Source of the DNA: Octopus bimaculoides
Lineage: Eukaryota
Direction: 5' to 3'
NCBI RefSeq assembly: GCF_001194135.2
Contig: NC_068989.1
Coordinates: 4,360,319-4,424,318, forward strand
Length of the DNA stretch: 64,000 nt
In this document: positions 11,681 through 22,559 of the stretch, in pieces
Layout of the letters: each line of letters starts with the position of its first letter
Numbering within the stretch: position 1 is the stretch's first letter
Program-made: the position numbers and the translations under genes
The notes under the pieces: model-generated
What the model was told of the DNA's origin: nothing
Seen by the model: the letters and a program-made list of their open reading frames with translations, nothing else
Database searches by the model: none

Positions 11681-13963
11681 ATTTTTTTTTTTATTATTAC
11701 TATTATTATTATTATTATTATTGGACGGAAATTGGTAGAGTCCTTAAGAACGTCGGAAAGCTCCTTGATATATTTTTGGTTCCCATCCATCTTGCAAGAA
11801 CCAAATTGTACTTCAAAGTTGTGACCTGGCAGAGTCGTTAACAAACGGGACAAAATGTTTAGCGGCATTTCGTTCGCCTTCACATTCTGTGTTCAAATTC
11901 CACCGAGATCGACTTTGCCTTTCATCTTAAAGGGATCGATAAAAGAAGTACCAGTTGTGCTCTGGAGTCGATGCCCAAACCCTTAAAACCACAAAACCAT
12001 TCTGGAGTTTTCCGTCGTTATGGGTGCGGAAGTTAAACTATGAAACTGAACAACGTAGGGCAGAAATCCCAGCTTTGTTTTTAAATACGACACCAAAATC
12101 CATTTGAGGACTTTCTGCCTCGACGAGTTAAAAGCCAGGTTTTGGAAACTACTCTTTTAATAATAGCGCTGGTCAAAGCCTCGGAACTGATGGCGCTGTC
12201 ACCTCGTCGTTGTCTGAGGGGTTCACTAGAGAGCTTAAGCACTCACTCTTCCAACCATAACCAGCGGTGAGACTAAATGAGAAATGGGGGAGATGTGTTC
12301 ACAGCAACACTAACAAACTACAGTCCCAACAGCAATAACGAGCAACAGCAACAGTATTCCATTGCTTTATGACGAAAAGGAATTGATGGGAACATAAAAA
12401 AATACTTCCATACCGGTATGGCTGTGTTGTATTCCCAACCACATGGTACTGGGTTCAGTCCCACTGTATGTGCAACACTAAAGAAAAACAATAAGGCTGG
12501 AACATGAAAACACTCAAAGAACAGGATGTTAGTAAAAATAAAAGGTAATAATGATAAACTAAAACAACCTCCACCTGAAGAAGTCTCCTACAACAGCCCA
12601 CAAAGGAATTGTTTACGCTCACCTTTCACTGCATGTGGCTGCAGTACGAGCAATACGGATGCGGGTTCTAAACTCGACTTAGCCAGTGATTTGTATGTCA
12701 TTTGTTAGGGAGAGCCCTAACTGTTTTTTTTTGTTTTATTTTTTATATTTCGAGTATATTTTGCTTCAATTTTTGTGCTTTTAGGTATCTTTAATATTAT
12801 TCTACACAGCCCAAGCATGGCCGCAGCCTCTGGCTGAAATTAATAGTGCGATAACAGGATAATTACAGATTTTAACTTACATTTATTTGATTGTATAACG
12901 TTTTTCACCCTTCACCCTACTTTAATATAACTTGTTTGTCCNNNNNNNNNNNNNNNNNNNNNNNNNNNNNNNNNNNNNNNNNNNNNNNNNNNNNNNNNNN
13001 NNNNNNNNNNNNNNNNNNNNNNNNNNNNNNNNNNNNNNNNNNNNNNNNNNNNNNNNNNNNNNNNNNNNNNNNNNNNNNNNNNNNNNNNNNNNNNNNNNNN
13101 NNNNNNNNNNNNNNNNNNNNNNNNNNNNNNNNNNNNNNNNNNNNNNNNNNNNNNNNNNNNNNNNNNNNNNNNNNNNNNNNNNNNNNNNNNNNNNNNNNNN
13201 NNNNNNNNNNNNNNNNNNNNNNNNNNNNNNNNNNNNNNNNNNNNNNNNNNNNNNNNNNNNNNNNNNNNNNNNNNNNNNNNNNNNNNNNNNNNNNNNNNNN
13301 NNNNNNNNNNNNNNNNNNNNNNNNNNNNNNNNNNNNNNNNNNNNNNNNNNNNNNNNNNNNNNNNNNNNNNNNNNNNNNNNNNNNNNNNNNNNNNNNNNNN
13401 NNNNNNNNNNNNNNNNNNNNNNNNNNNNNNNNNNNNNNNNNNNNNNNNNNNNNNNNNNNNNNNNNNNNNNNNNNNNNNNNNNNNNNNNNNNNNNNNNNNN
13501 NNNNNNNNNNNNNNNNNNNNNNNNNNNNNNNNNNNNNNNNNNNNNNNNNNNNNNNNNNNNNNNNNNNNNNNNNNNNNNNNNNNNNNNNNNNNNNNNNNNN
13601 NNNNNNNNNNNNNNNNNNNNNNNNNNNNNNNNNNNNNNNNNNNNNNNNNNNNNNNNNNNNNNNNNNNNNNNNNNNNNNNNNNNNNNNNNNNNNNNNNNNN
13701 NNNNNNNNNNNNNNNNNNNNNNNNNNNNNNNNNNNNNNNNNNNNNNNNNNNNNNNNNNNNNNNNNNNNNNNNNNNNNNNNNNNNNNNNNNNNNNNNNNNN
13801 NNNNNNNNNNNNNNNNNNNNNNNNNNNNNNNNNNNNNNNNNNNNNNNNNNNNNNNNNNNNNNNNNNNNNNNNNNNNNNNNNNNNNNNNNNNNNAGTTCTT
13901 CATTGGTTTCCCTTAATGTCACAAATGCGCTAAATCACAACATTACAAATATGGAACGGTATT

Positions 13964-14176
13964 GGTTTCAAATTTTAGCACAAGGCCAGCAATTTAAGGA
14001 GAAGGGTAAGCCGATTACATCGACTTTCTGTAATCAACTGGAACTAATTTTATCAACCCCGAAAAAGATGGAAGGTAAAGTCGACCTCGGTAAAATTTGA
14101 ACTCGGAACATGAAACGGACGAAATGCCGGTAAGCATTTTGTCTGGCATGCTAACGATTCTACCAGCTCTCTGCCT
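13964..14176 (-). mobile_element. SINE family 1
   Basis: Reverse complement of the family consensus, including the B-box-like gagttcaaatt segment. Confidence 0.75.
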
Positions 14177-15044
14177 TACGATATTTAGTAATAGTGATAT
14201 TTCCTTGCGTCAAAATTTGAAATCTCTAATTAATCAGATTAGGAAATATAGTTTTACATCAATGAACGTTGCCCTGAACTTATAACTGTTAAAATGCTTC
14301 AATATGTGACACTGGACAGACGAGTACAAATTATTGTTGAAAATGTTTCATATGTTTTTTTGTTTTTCTTTTTCTTGTTTGAATTTTTCTGTGATATCTT
14401 TCTAGCGGCAAGCATGGCTCTGTGTCAAAGAAGCTCGCTTTGTAATGACACAATTTGGGGTTCACTTCCACTGCGTGGCACCTCGGTCAGTTGTCTTCTA
14501 CTGTAGCCCCGAGCCTTGTAAATTTGGCAGACGGAAACTGCGTGGAAACCCTCGAATATATTTCTATGGGAGAGGCTTCGTGTTTGCTTTTCTCCCATTC
14601 CCGCATCACTTAGCGACCGATGTTAGTTTACATGACCGTAACATAGCGTTTTGGGCAAAAGGGATCGATAGAATAAGTATCAGCCTTACAAAAAGTACTG
14701 GGATCGCTTTGTTTGTGTAAATCCTTTCAAGGTGACCCCTCCCCCATCAGGGCCGCAACCCAGTGAATGAAACAAGACAAAGGTGAGCGATATCTGCACA
14801 GTGGCTCCACCTCTTGAAATTAACTGCTAATTCACCCCCCTCCTCAAATCACACTTTACATGTCTTTAAAAGGAAGAACGCTTTGGATAATAATATCGTT
14901 CGAAATAAACTGTCAAGAAAGCAGCGGAATGGTTATTCTTGATGAAGGCTAACATCAAGGTTAAGCAAGAACTCCACTTTGATCATACAATTTATCAGGT
15001 TCAACTCCTGGCGATGCCCATTCTAGGTTTCACCCGTCCTTGTC

Positions 15045-15316
15045 CGTAAAAGTTAGTACCAGACAAATAGGACGAGATCTATCATGGACCGACGTTTTAC
15101 CCGGTTTCTATGACGAAAGAGTAACCAAGACCTCAAACTCCCACCAGACACGATGCTGGTCCCTTCCAGGGTTGACTTCCCAACTATTACTAGAACACAT
15201 TTACAGTTGAATGGACTGGAGCAATGTGAAACGAAGCGATTTTCTCAACAACACAACACCCGACCCGGTCTGAGAATCGAAACCACAATTTTTACGATTG
15301 CGAGTGCAACACCGTG
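15045..15316 (-). mobile_element. tRNA-derived SINE, family 3 (MetaSINE-like central domain)
   Basis: Minus strand: tRNA head, then ttgagaaaatcgcttcgtttcacattgctccagtcc, then ccctggaagggaccagcatcgtgtctggtggg..gtcatagaaaccggg, resembling the recalled Meta domain GCGATGGACTAGCATCCCATCCAGGG..CAGAAACCGG. Confidence 0.5.
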
Positions 15317-15848
15317 NNNNNNNNNNNNNNNGCGAGTCTTCATTTGGCCAAGACGGGAGACATAATGGTTGACCATACAAAAATGCAAATTCTTTAGGTG
15401 TACCTGACTCTGGGCTGGTTTCAATTCCCGGTTTAAAAAAGTTCACTATAGTTACTCTGATTTGGATCATAATAAAGGCCTGAACATCACACAATCTTGT
15501 TTACCTCACCCAAAATAGTTTTAGGATATAACTTACTTAGATATTCATTTTCGCTTTAGATTATTGTCTATAAAATAGATCGTTCGACAACATTTTTAGC
15601 ATTAGAAGTTTTAATATTTCCCTCAATCGCATTATATTTCTCTTCGTTTTAAAGCTGATACGATGTGATACAAGGGAGAACTCGCTGCTATTTTAATGAA
15701 TAGGACGACCATTTATCAGCTTCCCTTTTGGGGATATTACTCTTTAAATCCTCATCTCTTACATTGCGCAACAATGATGAAAGACTTTTCACTTTCATCG
15801 ATCCGGTTTCGATCTCAGCAATAATGTTTCGATATTTTAGGGTTTCTA

Positions 15849-16063
15849 AGGTGTCGAGCTGGCAGAAACGTTAGCACAGCGGGCGAAATGCTTAGCAGTA
15901 TTTCGTTTGTCTTTACGTTCTGAGTTCAAATTCCGCCGAGGTTGACTTTGCCTTTCATCCTTTCGGGGTCGATAAAGTACTAGTTGCATACTGGGGTCGA
16001 TCTAATCGACTGGCTCCCTCCCCAGAAATTTCGAGCCTTGTGCCTAGAGTAGAAAAGAATATT
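15849..16063 (+). mobile_element. SINE family 1, near full length
   Basis: gagctggcagaaacgttagcac..gttctgagttcaaattccgccgagg..gccttgtgcctagagtagaaaagaat. Confidence 0.85.
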
Positions 16064-17336
16064 TTAGGATTTAATTTTGTTCTAGCCTTTTGACTGCTAT
16101 TTCTAACAGATGGCGTGACCATGTATAGGTCACACTTTTCGTTATTATTTACTTTAGTTGAACTCCTACAAATATATTCCTAGGTTCGAGTCTCATTAGC
16201 TGTTCGACCTTACCTTTCATCATCTAGGACTCAATAAAATAAGTAGCCACAATCTATGGGCTGAAACAAGAGAATAAAAGAATACGTTTACATGATTTCG
16301 CTAAGGCATAGCAATACTTAATAACCATTTGTTTCGAGTTAGACGAGTTCAGAGCGTAATATTAATTACGTGTGTGATGTTTGTGGAATGAAATTTACTT
16401 TCAACACAGTTTGGAAGACAACCGCACAATATTTTTTTGTTAGACATTACGGCAAAGATCTGCTCCTGCTTTTCTCACCAAAATACCTGTCGCTCCGACC
16501 ATTGTTATCTCCTAGGTTGGACCCACTATAGTGATGAAACAAACATTTCACCCTGTTAGTATCGCTAATAATATTTCTACTGCCATTCAGTCAATATTTG
16601 TCGTTTCATAGACCTTCACATCCCTATCTTGTTTGTGTGTCAGTAAATTAATTTTTAAATATTTAATACCAATTATTAATAACTTTACAAATTTGTGAAC
16701 TTTCCATTAAGATTTGTTTTTGATGTCCATATTTTAACCACTATTCAGTTTGTATGGCCTTCGACCCTTATCTTAAAGCCAATTAAATGGTCGTCAATGT
16801 TTACATATCCTAGAAATCATGCTCAAAGACNNNNNNNNNNNNNNNNNNNNNNNNNNNNNNNNNNNNNNNNNNNNNNNNNNNNNNNNNNNNNNNNNNNNNN
16901 NNNNNNNNNNNNNNNNNNNNNNNNNNNNNNNNNNNNNNNNNNNNNNNNNNNNNNNNNNNNNNNNNNNNNNNNNNNNNNNNNNNNNNNNNNNNNNNNNNNN
17001 NNNNNNNNNNNNNNNNNNNNNNNNNNNNNNNNNNNNNNNNNNNNNNNNNNNNNNNNNNNNNNNNNNNNNNNNNNNNNNNNNNNNNNNNNNNNNNNNNNNN
17101 NNNNNNNNNNNNNNNNNNNNNNNNNNNNNNNNNNNNNNNNNNNNNNNNNNNNNNNNNNNNNNNNNNNNNNNNNNNNNNNNNNNNNNNNNNNNNNNNNNNN
17201 NNNNNNNNNNNNNNNNNNNNNNNCTGAACAGAACTTAACGAACATTCTATGAGCAAAGATTAAACCGAAAAGATATTAACAGCTTGCGTCTAGACAACCG
17301 GACGAACTGTTAACAGTATTGCATATTTATAATGGA

Positions 17337-17600
17337 CTAATTGCGAGGTTCAATTTGGGGTCGAGAATCTTGGATTTGGCCCAGACTCTCAAATGTCGAA
17401 GTGAGCTGGTGCAATGAATTGGTTGAAATCGCGATAGATGTAGCCATGTTGGACATCATTTCTGTGGCACATTGCCGTTTGGCGGCCATGCTTTCTTTTA
17501 AGAAATTTGAGATGATTGAAACGCTTTTTATTTCAATGTACGGCTCAGTAAGTCCGAAACTGAAACCACATGACACACAGCCACACCTGCGCATAGTTCA
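17337..17600 (-). mobile_element. Possible Tc1/mariner 5' (HTH) remnant
   Basis: Minus-strand EIKSVSIISNFL...TFESLGQIQDSRPQIEPR loosely resembles the transposase N-terminus ending RFxExGxIxDRPRSGRPR. No TIR pair was found. Confidence 0.3.
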
Positions 17601-18296
17601 ATGTTTTATCTCAAAATTCAATTCCTTCTCAATTTTTGCCTCGTGTGAAATGTTGAAACGACTCGCATATCTCTCTGCAAATGACTGGATTTTATATTAC
17701 TATTGTGGTTGGCATATATATTAATGACAGATTAAGTGGATATTGCTTTCGGCTTCAGCTTTATTGCGTGACAATTTTTGGTATAGAGTTATATTTTTGG
17801 TAATTCCTTCGGAGGAACCACATTTCGACCTCTTGTATTCATGATCGTATTCTTTCGTCCATTACCCAGCATTTTCTTAGTGCCGATATCAGAAGTGCTA
17901 TGATACTTATGCTTTTGTAAGTTCACATTTTGTAACAATTTTATTTGATTTTCTTTGAAGGTTCTGATATCGAAACGTAAGAAATAAGATGAATTTTGAG
18001 GTATGTAAAGTTTAATTTTTTTTTTCCGTCATTTTAAATTTCCAGTGGTTTACTATTTTAGTTGGTCTCAACGGCTTGCTAAAGTTGATTACATTAAAAC
18101 GACAGCTGGAAAAAAATAGCATAAAAGCCATCGGCTTATTCGCCCACGAAACTTTACGCCATGCATAGCTGAGTCAAATTATATAAAATAGGTCGGGTTA
18201 AATTCAAGCTGTGTCCTCTTGGGGCGTATTTGCTTATTCCAATGTTACGATCCAATGTGTAGTTTGTGAAATACACATTAGTTAAAATTTCTGGAA

Positions 18297-18732
18297 ATAT
18301 TCTTTTCTACTCTAGGCAAAAGGCCCGAAATTTTGGGGTTGGAGGCCAGTCGATTATATCGACCCCAGTGCGTAACTGGTACTTAATTTATCGACCCCGA
18401 AAGGATGAAAGGCAAAGTCGACCTCGGCGGAATTTGAACTCAGAATGTAAAGACAGACGAAATGCCACTTAGCATTTCGCCCTGCGTGCTCCCGATTCTT
18501 ATTTCTTTATTGCTCACAAGGGGCTAAACATAGAGGGGACAAACAAGGGCAGAAAAAACGGATTAAGTCGATTACATCGACCCAGTGCATAACGGGTACT
18601 TATTTAATCGACCCCGAAAGGATGAAATGCAAAGTCGACCTCGGCGGAATTTGAACTCAGAACGTGAAGACAGAAGAAATACCGTTAAGTATTTCGCCCG
18701 GCGTTCTAACGATTCTGCCAGCTCGCCGCCTT
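18297..18732 (-). mobile_element. Dimeric SINE family 1 (two bodies with different tails)
   Basis: Minus strand: a complete head and body with tail ..gccccttgtgagcaataaagaaataag joins at 18497/18498 to a second body that starts after the A box and ends ..gcctagagtagaaaagaat. Confidence 0.85.
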
Positions 18733-19601
18733 AATTTGCTTTTGAATAGTGACAGAATCATGATGTATTTGAGCTTGCTAATGTTGGTTTTGTGGCGTAG
18801 CTAAAAGATTAGATAAGCAACCATCCGCTGTTTAGTGACATTTAGAGAAATTAATGCTGCTTGTTTCAGAAGGCTGGCGATGGTTTCTGTCAATGGTACA
18901 TTACAGAGTGTGACTTTAGAATTAATAAAAATCTGTTACGTTATATTTTGCATGAATATTAAAATGAACAGATTTGCAAGCTGTCGTTTTGGTCATTTAC
19001 TTGTATAATGAATGCTACTTTGGCCATAAATCTATTCGGATATTCATTTGAATATCTATACGCCTATTTTCTTTTATCCGCGTCGGTTAAATATCCGCTC
19101 GATGAAATAACCGTTGGCCGTCTGTACAAACGATGTCGATTGTTGCGTGTGTGGCGAGTGTGTTGTATTTTGTGTTCCGTGCAATGATTCGCTTTTCCAT
19201 TTAAAGCTACAACAGACTAATATAGTTTGCTCTACTTAATTCATGAAATTATCAACGCAATCCATTATTTATAGGCAACACACAAACTATACATTGCTCT
19301 GTTAAGCAAAGATAAGCAAGTAAACGTCGGATCTGCAACTAGGATGCACGACTTTTTAGCAATGACTGTCAAATCTCCTCCTCAATTTGTCTCATTCTAT
19401 GTTAACGAAGTATTAGATATTGTAGTACACAATGCAGTCTAAAAGCAGGAACGACTGAGACCTGCTTGATCAGGGATGGCTTGAAATATAATTAGATACA
19501 AAGTGGATAAGATTCTATCGTGGGAAAAACTAGCGATCCCACAGTCCAATTTTAATGCTGGTGAATGTCTTTGTAAATCGCCACTTTCTATAACAGTCCC
19601 G

Positions 19602-19825
19602 TGAAGGTGCGTGGCCCGGCGGGTCTGATGTTGCACTCAAGATAGCAAGGTTATAGTTTCGATTTCTGGGGTGCGCAGTGTTCATGCTGCTCCAGCCGAC
19701 TCTGTTGTAAGTGACTATCTGTGCGACGGACTGACGTCCCATCCAGGGGGAATGTTATAATCTCGGTCGGTCATTATGAAAAACCTGATAACCGATCTTA
19801 TGAGTCCCAGGATTTGAGACAGGAT
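19602..19825 (+). mobile_element. SINE family 3 (MetaSINE-like)
   Basis: tgaaggtgcgtggcc head; gtgcgacggactgacgtcccatccaggggaatg core. Confidence 0.5.
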
Positions 19826-20401
19826 TGTCCAGAGGATGTATTCCACTTATAATATCTTTCCCAATACGTTTATTCTTGTTTAGCTCCAGATCAGACTTAA
19901 TCGAGTAGGCCCATCATTAACGATGTTCCAGAAGTAACCATACCCTCAATATGTACTTTGTGTATCGAATTCTACACTATGTAATGACCTTTTTCTTAAG
20001 ATACTCGAATATAGCTTTAGTGAAAGATACATGGCCGTTATTTCTGCTATGTCGAGCAAACACTGAAATGTCCCTAAGGGTATACAATATAGCTGTAATT
20101 ATAAATAAACGGCAGAATTCAGTAAGACGATTTCTTTTATTATGTGGAAGATACAGTTTCAAGTATTTGTATTTCATGTGAAAGGAGAGAATATATTGAC
20201 AAAAATAAGCAGCCATGAAGAGACCGTTTCAATATACCAGATCAATTTATAACTTACTCATATAACATACTGAATACATTATATATATATATATATATAA
20301 ACGATTATACAGTAGGAGACCAGGACAAGTTTGGATAGGTAAAACTTCATAAGGATTCAGGTGTAGATAGCTACACTCTAGAATAAGGGAAAAAAAGAAG
20401 T

Positions 20402-20404
<3 letters not shown>

Positions 20405-20454
<50 letters not shown>
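20405..20454. repeat. (GT)n microsatellite
   Basis: Direct reading. Confidence 0.95.
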
Positions 20455-20459
<5 letters not shown>

Positions 20460-20501
20460 GATTGCTAGCCGCTACACATTCTTTATTTTCTTTCCTTGTT
20501 C

Positions 20502-20537
20502 CTTTCTGTAGAAGAGCGTAGGCTCGAAACGTTAAAG
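20502..20537 (+). ncRNA. Hammerhead-like motif (variant core) in a PLE-terminal-repeat-like element
   Basis: cttt-CTGTAGA-a-GAGC-gtag-GCTC-GAA-ACGT-T-aaag: stem I cttt/aaag, stem II GAGC/GCTC, palindromic stem III ACGT. The core has A6U and one extra A. Confidence 0.4.
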
Positions 20538-20984
20538 ACTTTTTCACTTCCCGAGCGTTAAACTAATACATCTGTTTGTTGTCTACACCATCTGTCTTCG
20601 TCTTTTTCTGTGAATTCTCCCCACCTATATATATCGGTGAACTTGCCGGACAAATGATTTGATCGAAACTATGTGTTGAAACTAAAACCTGTACGATTTG
20701 AAAGACGCGTATAACCCATCCCAAAAATGCACATTTACTATCCGGTCTCAAAAGCTTTGCAGCAGCTATGACCAGGTTAGGTCACTGACGCGATTCCTCT
20801 TTATACTTGCATTTGAATTATGAATGGTGGGTAGAATCGGAAATATATACCAGTGATAGGAATTGTGGGTAAGGTGTAAGGTAAACGGTGATCGAGTAAA
20901 TTTTGGGAAAGTGAACAAGGGGGCGAATAATTTTTGTAAAACAAGTTGAGCTTATATGAAATAAGTTTCAAACTTTGGCACAAG

Positions 20985-21178
20985 CCCAGCAATTTTCGAG
21001 GAGTGGTTAACTCAATTACATCGTCCCCAGTACTCAACTGGTACTGTTTTTTATCGACACTGAAAGGATGTAAAACAAAGTCAACCACAGTAGAATTTGA
21101 ACTCAAAACGTGAAGACGGACGAAAAACCGCTAAGCATTTTGGCCAACGTGCTAATTTCGCTACTTCCACGTGAAAAT
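20985..21178 (-). mobile_element. SINE family 1
   Basis: Reverse complement of the family consensus. Confidence 0.75.
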
Positions 21179-21512
21179 AATTATTGGAGACAAAGGGAAG
21201 ACACAGACACATCATGATGCAGACTTGGAGAGAAAAGAGGTTAGGAGGGAAAGGAATGGTAGAGGAAACTTGCAGAGAATTGAAATCCATAATAAGTGGT
21301 CAGAGACCAGCAAAACATTTCTTTACGTCGTCAGTAAATTTATTTGTTTCTTTCAATTATTATTATAATTATTTAGTTTATTCATCACTTAGATCGTTTA
21401 TATTTGTATCGAATAACTACACAAACGTATGCCTATGTTTGTCTGTTTCTGTGAATTTATGTATATACATATGTATATATATATATATATATACAAACAC
21501 ACACATACATAC

Positions 21513-21573
<61 letters not shown>

Positions 21574-21893
21574 NNNNNNNNNNNNNNNNNNNNNNNNNNN
21601 NNNNNNNNNNNNNNNNNNNNNNNNNNNNNNNNNNNNNNNNNNNNNNNNNNNNNNNNNNNNNNNNNNNNNNNNNNNNNNNNNNNNNNNNNNNNNNNNNNNN
21701 NNNNNNNNNNNNNNNNNNNNNNNNNNNNNNNNNNNNNNNNNNNNNNNNNNNNNNNNNNNNNNNNNNNNNNNNNNNNNNNNNNNNNNNNNNNNNNNNNNNN
21801 NNNNNNNNNNNNNNNNNNNNNNNNNNNNNNNNNNNNNNNNNNNNNNNNNNNNNNNNNNNNNNNNNNNNNNNNNNNNNNNNNNNNNNNNNNNNN

Positions 21894-21932
<39 letters not shown>

Positions 21933-22529
21933 CATATATGCATAGTTATATGTGTGTTATATAAATAAAATGAGAGAGAATATGTTGTGATTCGTTGACT
22001 GAATTTAGACTTCCTTGTCGTTTTGTTGCCTAATTAAGTTATATTTAAATTTGGCTGGAAATAGTTATAGTCGGTTATGGTTCCTTTATTAGTTTTGCTT
22101 CGTAGACTTCATAATTTCTTCTCATATTTGTTTTATTTATATTATCTATGGCGATGATTAATAATGCTTAACAAAACTCACTCCCCGGCAAGTATTAACA
22201 TCTTTTCTTTTTATTAACGTTATTAGTCACAATAGACATTTTTACATGAGCAATCTTAAAACTAAACCAAATTTTATTCAGACAATAAGCAAATCTCGGT
22301 GGTCATTCTCTTTACACATTACTGCGTCTTCTTGTCTGTTTTCTTATTATTTTAACTCTTACGTATAAACAATAGGATGTTTTTTCCTTATGCTAATATT
22401 TACTGACATACCAGTGAATGCCTAATCTGGAAGATGTAAATGGAACCTTACCATTTCCAAGCTAAATACGTCTCGTAAACTCTTACCTTCTGGTGGGGAT
22501 GTTTACAGACATTAGGAGACTTAGTAACT

Positions 22530-22559
22530 ATGGGGGTCTGCCAGTTCGATTTTATCAAA
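22530..22559 (+). CDS. CHS-A exon 1 coding part (MGVCQFDFIK)
   Basis: ATG plus 10 codons, then AAA|GTAAGT (phase 0). Joins ILFNIIGF to give FDFIKILFNII, like the K.LK..AY start of the first CHS transmembrane helix. Acceptor candidates at 22414 and 22508. Confidence 0.55.

Noticed and set aside
12891-13933. Long ORFs of 300+ aa in the track (also at 16695-17256, 21184-21968, 38925-39727, 42153-42728, 50687-51864 and 58262-58917)
   Set aside because: They are made of N gaps and flanking microsatellite translations (YIYI, CVCV, HTHT).
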